Positions 57,795 through 64,000 of a stretch of 64,000 nucleotides of DNA are shown piece after piece (within the stretch, counting starts at the first letter, position 1; each line of letters opens with the position of its first letter). Location of the stretch: assembly GCA_963756875.1 (NCBI GenBank), contig CAVWPA010000001.1, forward strand, positions 416,001-480,000, read 5' to 3'. The notes under the pieces are model-generated. The model saw only the letters and a list, made by a program, of their open reading frames with translations. It was not told where the DNA came from and did not search any database. The position numbers and the translations under genes are program-made. The stretch is from an uncultured Verrucomicrobiae bacterium (GTDB taxonomy: Bacteria > Verrucomicrobiota > Verrucomicrobiia > Chthoniobacterales > UBA10450).

Positions 57795-58946
57795 ATGGCT
57801 TATTTGGATCAATTTCTAAAAGTGATCGTCGACCAGGGCGGGTCCGATCTGCACATCGGCGAGGGACAACCGCCCAAGATGCGCAAGCACGGCGATGTGG
57901 CGCCGATTCGAGAGGAGCCGATCGCGCACGACGAAGCGTTGTCGATGCTGAGCGAAGTCTGCGGGCCGCATAATTGGGAAATTTTCGAGGAACGCGGCGA
58001 CCTCGATTTCGCTTACGAGATGGATGCCGCGTCGCGTTTCCGTTGCAACTATCTCAAGCAGGCCAACGGATACGGCGCCGTCTTTCGTTTAATTCCCACC
58101 AGGATTGCTTCGCTGGAAGAGCTGGGCATTCCGCTCGTGGTCAAGGATTTTGCGCACTTGCGCGGCGGCCTCGTTCTCGTGACCGGGCCTACCGGTTCCG
58201 GCAAATCGACGACGCTGGCCGCTCTCATCGATTACATTAACGAGAATTTTGCGAGACACGTCGTAACGATTGAAGAACCAATCGAGTTCGTGCACGAGAA
58301 CAAGCGCAGCATCATTACGCAGCGTGAGGTTCCTAACGATTCGATCACGTTTCCGGTCGCGCTAAAAGCCGCATTGCGCGAGGACGTGGACATCGTGCTG
58401 GTCGGGGAAATGCGCGATCTCGAGACGATTTCGCTGGCACTCACCGCTGCCGAGACGGGCGTGCTCGTTTTCGGGACGCTGCATACCAACAACGCGCGCA
58501 AGACGGTCGACCGCATGGTGGATGTCTTCCCGGCGCCGCGACAGGCGCAGGCGCGCGCGATGCTGGCGAACTCGCTTCGCGGCGTGCTCGCCCAATTGCT
58601 GTTGAAAAAAGCCGATGGCTCGGGCCGGGTCGCAGTAAACGAAATCCTGATCGCCAGCGCCGCGGTCTCGGCAATTATTCGTGAAGGCGCAACGCAAAAA
58701 CTTCAGGACGTCATCGTGTCGGGCAAGGGGCAGGGGATGCAATTCATGGACGACGCGATCTGGGCGCTTCTGCAACAGGGAATTGTCACGCCTCATGAGG
58801 CATTTATGAAAGCCATCGACAAAAATCGATTCAAAAAATTTCTGCCCGCCGAAGAAGAAGCCCTCGGTAATGCGGCTGGCGCCGTTCCGAACGACGAAAA
58901 GCGTGCGGCTGGAAACTATGTTAAACCTGCTCGCCGCGCACGTTGA
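57795..58946 (+). CDS. pilT: PilT/PilU-family ATPase, second paralog
   Basis: GGSDLH, GPTGSGKSTT, EEPIEF, LREDVDIVLVGEMRD, GTLHT. Confidence 0.92.
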   Translation: MAYLDQFLKVIVDQGGSDLHIGEGQPPKMRKHGDVAPIREEPIAHDEALSMLSEVCGPHNWEIFEERGDLDFAYEMDAASRFRCNYLKQANGYGAVFRLIPTRIASLEELGIPLVVKDFAHLRGGLVLVTGPTGSGKSTTLAALIDYINENFARHVVTIEEPIEFVHENKRSIITQREVPNDSITFPVALKAALREDVDIVLVGEMRDLETISLALTAAETGVLVFGTLHTNNARKTVDRMVDVFPAPRQAQARAMLANSLRGVLAQLLLKKADGSGRVAVNEILIASAAVSAIIREGATQKLQDVIVSGKGQGMQFMDDAIWALLQQGIVTPHEAFMKAIDKNRFKKFLPAEEEALGNAAGAVPNDEKRAAGNYVKPARRAR

Positions 58947-59113
58947 AAGCCTCCGCGTGTCGCCGAACACGGGCTGTTTTCACCCAAAGTGCCGGATCTT
59001 GCGTGGCTGGCGGTCCGTTCGGTTCGTTGACAAGGAAAAACGCGAGTGATAATTTCGCGCGATTTTCGACGCTTTGGCGGGTTGAATTCCTGCCGCATTG
59101 AAATATCGACATT

Positions 59114-59725
59114 GTGCACTCGTTACTAAATAGCCAGGTTTTGGTGCTCAACCGTCTCTGGCAGGCGGTGAACATCTGCACGGCGCGACGCGCGTTTTCG
59201 CTCGTTTATGCGGGTCACGCGCACGTTGTTTCGTCCGACGACACAAACAATTTTCTGACGCACGATTTCGAGAGTTGGCGCGATTTTTCGGCTAACGCGC
59301 CCGACCACGAAATGGTTACCACGATTTCGTGGAAGATCCGCGTGCCGCGCGTGATCGTGCTGCTCTTTTTCGATCGTCTCCCGAAGAAGGAAGTAAAATT
59401 TACGCGCCACAACGTTTTCGAGCGCGACAAGAACACATGCCAGTATTGCGGCCACACTTTCGATCGCAGCGACTTAAACCTCGACCACGTTGTGCCGCGC
59501 GATCGCGGCGGAACGACGACGTGGGAAAACGTGGTTTGCTCGTGCATCGAGTGCAATACGCGAGAAGGGAATCGTCTTCCCCGGGAGGCGAGCATGACCC
59601 TGATTCGCAAACCGAAGCGGCCGAAGTGGCGACCGTTTGTGCACGTGACTTTTTCCTCGCCGCAACATGAGAGCTGGCGGCACTTTGTCGATCTCGCCTA
59701 CTGGAACGTCGAGCTGAGCGATTGA
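59114..59725 (+). CDS. HNH endonuclease family protein
   Basis: VLVLN N-terminus, RDKNTCQYCG, LDHVVPRDRGG, NVVCSCIECN. Confidence 0.92.
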   Translation: MHSLLNSQVLVLNRLWQAVNICTARRAFSLVYAGHAHVVSSDDTNNFLTHDFESWRDFSANAPDHEMVTTISWKIRVPRVIVLLFFDRLPKKEVKFTRHNVFERDKNTCQYCGHTFDRSDLNLDHVVPRDRGGTTTWENVVCSCIECNTREGNRLPREASMTLIRKPKRPKWRPFVHVTFSSPQHESWRHFVDLAYWNVELSD

Positions 59726-59767
59726 GCCGGGCAGAATCCGAACCGCGGATTACGCGGATAACACGTT

Positions 59768-59819
59768 GGTAGGGACGCCGCGCTGCGGCGTCCGGCCGGC
59801 GCAGCGCGCCGACCCTACC
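59768..59819. repeat. GTAG REP pair
   Basis: GGTAGGGACGCCGCGCTGCGGCGTCC...GACCCTACC. Confidence 0.88.
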
Positions 59820-61236
59820 GCTTTAACGCGTTCAGAATCGGCTGCGGATAAATCCCCAGCCAGACGATCGCGACGATCAGCCCGGACATCATCAGCCGCG
59901 ACAAGCCGCTTACCGGGATCGATTCGACGCTCGTCGCCGGCTGCCAATACATCGCGCGGACTACTTTGAGATAATAATAAAAGCCGCAGGCGACCGTGAC
60001 GACACCGACGGCCACCAGCGCGAATTGATGTTGGTGGATCGCGGCCGCGAAAATGAAAAACTTCCCAAAGAATCCGGCGGTAAAGGGCACGCCGGCCAGT
60101 GAAACCATTGCGATCAACATGGCGAAAGCGAGGAAAGGCGCCCGTTTTGCCAGACCGTCAAAATCCGAAATCCGTTCGCCGGTTTGCTGCGCCACAACGA
60201 TTAGGACAGCAAAGCTCAGCAACGTCATCAACAAGTATGCGACGAGATAAAATGCTACCGCTTGTCCCGCGAAACATGCGACGCCAATCAACAAGTAACC
60301 TGCGTGAGCGATGCTCGAATACCCAAGCAATCGTTTGAGATTGGTTTGCGGGAGCGCGGCGAGATTTCCATACACAACAGTGAGAAGGGCGATCAATACG
60401 ATCAACCGCTCCATGTTTGGCAGCATGGTGAACGGTCGGAGCACGCGCAGCAGCACGACGAAGCCCGCAGCCTTGGATCCAACCGACAGGTACGCTGTTA
60501 CCGGTGTGGGCGCGCCCTGGTAAACGTCCGGCACCCAGATTTGAAATGGGACGGCTGCGATCTTGAACCCGAGCGCAACGAGCACGAGAACCGCTCCGAA
60601 AAGAGCGGCATTTGTGTCGATGCCAGGACTTGCCAGGGCCGCGGTAATGCGCTGCAGATTCGTCTCGCCGGTCACTCCGAAAATCCAGGCGATTCCGTAA
60701 ACAAAGAATGCGGTCGAGACTGCGCTAAGAATCAAATATTTCACCCCCGCTTCGAGCGTGGCAGGATTTTTCTTCGTAAAAGCAACCAGGACATAAAACG
60801 AAACTGTCACCAGCTCGATCGCGACAAAGATCATCACGAAATCGATCGCCGAGACGGTGTACATCAGTCCGGCACAGGTAAAAATGGGCACGGCGAAAAA
60901 TTCACCGAGAGCAGATCGACCTTCGTCACCGGCAAAAGCACGCACGACAGGCGCGTAGTCGATCATCATTACGAGAACAAGAATGGTGGTCAGCAACGCA
61001 AACCGCTTGAAGAAGATCGAGAGCGGGTCCGCCGTGTAGAAGCTCCAGAAACCGGTTGCATTGTCAGATGACGAACCTGGTTGGAGAAAGAAAGTCGCGA
61101 CCAGCACGATAACGAGTCCGGCAATCGCCGCGTAGGCGAAGACGCGTTTGTCGATCCTGGGCGCAAATGCTTCGAACATCAGGATGATCATGCCGAGGAC
61201 GAGCACGGCAATTTCGAGATCGGGCGGCGGGATCAT
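59815..61236 (-). CDS. nuoN: NADH-quinone oxidoreductase subunit N
   Basis: EAGVKY, FKIAAVPFQIWVPDVYQGAPTP, KRLLGYSSIAHAGY. Confidence 0.96.
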   Translation of the reverse strand: MIPPPDLEIAVLVLGMIILMFEAFAPRIDKRVFAYAAIAGLVIVLVATFFLQPGSSSDNATGFWSFYTADPLSIFFKRFALLTTILVLVMMIDYAPVVRAFAGDEGRSALGEFFAVPIFTCAGLMYTVSAIDFVMIFVAIELVTVSFYVLVAFTKKNPATLEAGVKYLILSAVSTAFFVYGIAWIFGVTGETNLQRITAALASPGIDTNAALFGAVLVLVALGFKIAAVPFQIWVPDVYQGAPTPVTAYLSVGSKAAGFVVLLRVLRPFTMLPNMERLIVLIALLTVVYGNLAALPQTNLKRLLGYSSIAHAGYLLIGVACFAGQAVAFYLVAYLLMTLLSFAVLIVVAQQTGERISDFDGLAKRAPFLAFAMLIAMVSLAGVPFTAGFFGKFFIFAAAIHQHQFALVAVGVVTVACGFYYYLKVVRAMYWQPATSVESIPVSGLSRLMMSGLIVAIVWLGIYPQPILNALKR

Positions 61237-62717
61237 CGTCGGATATCGGCGCTAAGATATGTTTTGAATGCCGGAGTAACGAGACGGACGAAGGTCTGCG
61301 GGAAGAATCCAAACCAAAGCAGCGCGCCGGCGAGAATGGCTACTGGAAGACGCAGATCGGATCGAAGATCGGCGACGTGATTCCAGCGTTCGGGCATCGG
61401 CCCCATAAAGATCCGGCGGTAAGCGCGCAACATGTAAACCGCAGAAATCACGACGCCCCACAGCGCGAGGGTGGTCGCGATCTGAAAGATGTGGAAACGC
61501 TGCATTTCCCAGCCGTTTTGAAACGCGCCGAAGAAAATCATGATTTCCGCGGCGAAGTTGGCAAAACCGGGAAGGCCGATGGCAGCGAACGCGCCGATAC
61601 CGAATGCCAGCCCCGCAAACGGCATGGTTTTGGCGAGGCCGCCCAGCTCGTCAAATACGAGCGTGCCGGTGCGTTTGCGGATCTCCCCCGCCACCGCAAA
61701 AAGCAGCGCAATGGAGAGTCCATGCGCCAGCATCAAGCCGGCGGCGCCGGTTGTTCCGAGAATATTGGCGCTGGCGATTCCGAGGAAAATGTACCCCATG
61801 TGCATCACGCTCGAATAGCCAAGCATCCAATCGAGCCGCTTCTGCGCGATCGTGACGAGGCCGATGTAGATGATATTGCAGAGCAACAGGACGAGCAGCA
61901 GGCCGGTCCAGTGCCGCGCTCCCTCTGGCAACAACGGAATGGCCAGGCGCAAGAAACCGTAAAGGCCGAATTTTTTTAGCACTCCGGCATGCAGCATCGC
62001 GGCCGGCGCGGGGGCCGATGCGTAGGCTTCCGGCGCCCAGGTGTGAAAGGGAAAGAGTGAGACCAGAATTCCGAATCCGATCAACAGAAGCAGGTAGATA
62101 TTGTGCTGCGCCTCGGGTGCGATCTGATGCGCTGCGGTCGCAGCTTGCAGAGCGCGAATATCGAAACTGCGCGAAGCAGCCGGCACGCTTTCGTAAAGCA
62201 AGATCAGTCCGATAAGGAGAATGAAACTGCCCAGCGCAAGATAGATCGTGATTTTCCAGGCCGCCGCGACGCGATTGCCGGTCCCCCAGATTCCAATGAG
62301 CAGAAAAGTTGGAATGAGCGCCAGCTCGTGAAAGGCATAGAAGAAAAACAGGTCGAGCGAAGCAAACGCACCGAGCGCACCGCCGGATATGAACAGCAGA
62401 CAGGCGTAAAACGCCGGTTCGTATTTGTCGATCTTCCCGGCGAACCAGATGCTCGCCAGAGTCACAATCGCCGCGAGCAGGACCAGCATGAGGCTGAGGC
62501 CGTCGAGACCGGTCGCAAAATGGATCCGCCAGTCCGAAGACATCGTGAAGGAATTGACGAACTGAAAGCCGGACTGCAACCAGTCGTACTGGCTGTACAC
62601 TAAAAGCGTCAGGAGAAATGTAGCGCCTGCCGCGAGCAATGCGGTCAACCGCGCAGGCGCCCCGGCGATGATCAAAATTGCCGCAACAATCGGGCAGAAA
62701 ATAATTAAAAGAAGCAT
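61233..62717 (-). CDS. nuoM: NADH-quinone oxidoreductase subunit M
   Basis: GLDGLS, FHELALIP, PFHTWAPEAY, YSSVMHMG. Confidence 0.95.
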   Translation of the reverse strand: MLLLIIFCPIVAAILIIAGAPARLTALLAAGATFLLTLLVYSQYDWLQSGFQFVNSFTMSSDWRIHFATGLDGLSLMLVLLAAIVTLASIWFAGKIDKYEPAFYACLLFISGGALGAFASLDLFFFYAFHELALIPTFLLIGIWGTGNRVAAAWKITIYLALGSFILLIGLILLYESVPAASRSFDIRALQAATAAHQIAPEAQHNIYLLLLIGFGILVSLFPFHTWAPEAYASAPAPAAMLHAGVLKKFGLYGFLRLAIPLLPEGARHWTGLLLVLLLCNIIYIGLVTIAQKRLDWMLGYSSVMHMGYIFLGIASANILGTTGAAGLMLAHGLSIALLFAVAGEIRKRTGTLVFDELGGLAKTMPFAGLAFGIGAFAAIGLPGFANFAAEIMIFFGAFQNGWEMQRFHIFQIATTLALWGVVISAVYMLRAYRRIFMGPMPERWNHVADLRSDLRLPVAILAGALLWFGFFPQTFVRLVTPAFKTYLSADIRR

Positions 62718-64000
62718 CAGTGGAAAACGGCGAAGTAGATGAGAACGACAATCCCGAGCCCGAACAGAAACGCGTAGGCCTGCAGGTTGCCCACTTGGAT
62801 TAAGCGAAGGATGGCGCCGAATCCCCAGGTGCCGCGACTCGCCCCACCCACCGCGCCGGCATCGATCACCCAGCGATCAAAGAATGCCGCGAAGCGCGAA
62901 AGGTTTTCCTGGGTCGCGTCGATCAGCCAATTGTAGAAATCGTCGATATAGAAGCGGCGTCGAAAAAGCTCGATCCTGATTGGGTCGCTGCTCCGGTTTG
63001 GATAAAGCCATATCACCAACAGGACCCCGAGCAGCATGGCGCCGATGGCGAGCACCGGAACGATAAGAACCGCCTGCTTCTCATGCGGGACGACCAGAAA
63101 TTTCTGCGCGAAAAATGGAGCGCCGCCGACAAGCGCGAGCAGCGCGAGGACAAGCAGCGGGCCGGTCATAACGAGGGGAGACTCGTGGCCCGCCCGGGCG
63201 GCGGGGGTTCGCGGTTTGCCAAAGAAAACGACGACAAGAAGGCGCAGGACATAGAATGCGGTCAGGAACGCCGTCAGCAGCGCAATGGCAAAGATGGCGC
63301 TGTTGCGATCGTAGGCCACGGCAAGAATGGCGTCCTTGCTAAAAAAGCCGCTGAATGGCGGGCAACCGATCAAGGCCAGGGCCCCCACGGAAAATGTGAG
63401 AAATGTGACCGGAAGATATTTCGCCAGGCCGCCCATTTTCCAGATGTCCTGTTCGTGATGCAGCATGACGATGACGGAACCCGCGCCGAGGAAGAGAAGC
63501 GCCTTAAAAAACGCATGAGTGAAGAGATGAAACATGGCCGCTTCGTTTGAAGCGAGTCCAATGGCCATCACCATGTAACCGAGCTGCGAGATGGTGGAAT
63601 AGGCGAGGATGCGTTTAATGTCGTCTTGTTGTGTCGCCATTAAGGCCGCGAGCACTGCTGTGATCGTTCCAATCCAGGCAATCACGTCGAGCGCGGATTG
63701 GGCCGCTTGAATGATGAAGCCGACCCGCACGAGCATATAAACGCCGGCGGCGACCATCGTCGCAGCGTGGATCAAAGCCGAAACCGGCGTTGGGCCTTCC
63801 ATCGCATCCGGCAGCCAGACGTGCAGCGGAAACTGCGCGGATTTCGCGGCCGCCCCGCAGAATATCAGAAGCGCCGCTGCGGTCAGATAACCCGGATTGC
63901 TCGTGACCCGTGACAACTGCGGCACGATGTCGTCGAAGACAATAGTGCCGGTGGACATCCAGACCATGAGAATTCCGAGCATGAATCCGAAATCGCCGAC
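62717..64000 (-). CDS. nuoL: NADH-quinone oxidoreductase subunit L (partial; runs off the window)
   Basis: KSAQFPLHVWLPDAMEGPTPVSALIHAATMV, HLFTHAFFKALLF. Confidence 0.96.
   Translation of the reverse strand, partial: VGDFGFMLGILMVWMSTGTIVFDDIVPQLSRVTSNPGYLTAAALLIFCGAAAKSAQFPLHVWLPDAMEGPTPVSALIHAATMVAAGVYMLVRVGFIIQAAQSALDVIAWIGTITAVLAALMATQQDDIKRILAYSTISQLGYMVMAIGLASNEAAMFHLFTHAFFKALLFLGAGSVIVMLHHEQDIWKMGGLAKYLPVTFLTFSVGALALIGCPPFSGFFSKDAILAVAYDRNSAIFAIALLTAFLTAFYVLRLLVVVFFGKPRTPAARAGHESPLVMTGPLLVLALLALVGGAPFFAQKFLVVPHEKQAVLIVPVLAIGAMLLGVLLVIWLYPNRSSDPIRIELFRRRFYIDDFYNWLIDATQENLSRFAAFFDRWVIDAGAVGGASRGTWGFGAILRLIQVGNLQAYAFLFGLGIVVLIYFAVFH

Noticed and set aside
59114..59725. HNH gene as a homing endonuclease or CRISPR/defence effector
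   Set aside because: Resembles the widespread standalone VLVLN-type HNH family; no intron, array or defence context
1..64000. CRISPR array
   Set aside because: No regularly spaced direct repeats with unique spacers; the repeats seen are palindromic REPs or short tandem units

Overview
This 64-kb window looks like chromosome from a GC-rich soil Verrucomicrobium, probably Chthoniobacterales/'Ca. Udaeobacter'-like; that is inferred from gene content, autotransporter style and repeat families, not proven. The core backbone carries tyrS, tadA, tRNA-Gln(CTG), an exosortase/PEP-CTERM/TPR cassette, hppA, an RND pump with a TetR regulator, tilS-gltX-aroE-nadA, two tandem autotransporters, DUF1501/DUF1800, xth, infA, two PilT-family ATPases and nuoL-M-N. 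Main accessory findings: (1) A ~7.7-kb island with no integrase lies between tRNA-Gln and a degenerate copy of its 3' end. It holds small secreted-protein genes preceded by a repeated ~80-nt leader, and a minimal graspetide (ATP-grasp RiPP) locus whose precursor gene is absent from the ORF track. (2) A synonymously diverged duplicate of the nadA 3' end, next to an IS481-like end, brackets one autotransporter. (3) GTAG-type REP palindromes are abundant; two are translated in frame inside tilS and an LMF gene, and five supply stop codons. (4) A GxxExxY nuclease cassette with 9-mer inverted repeats sits between the pilT paralogs, and a ~270-bp MITE lies upstream of tilS. Several frameshifts in ordinary genes suggest indel sequencing errors, so the frameshift calls are uncertain.
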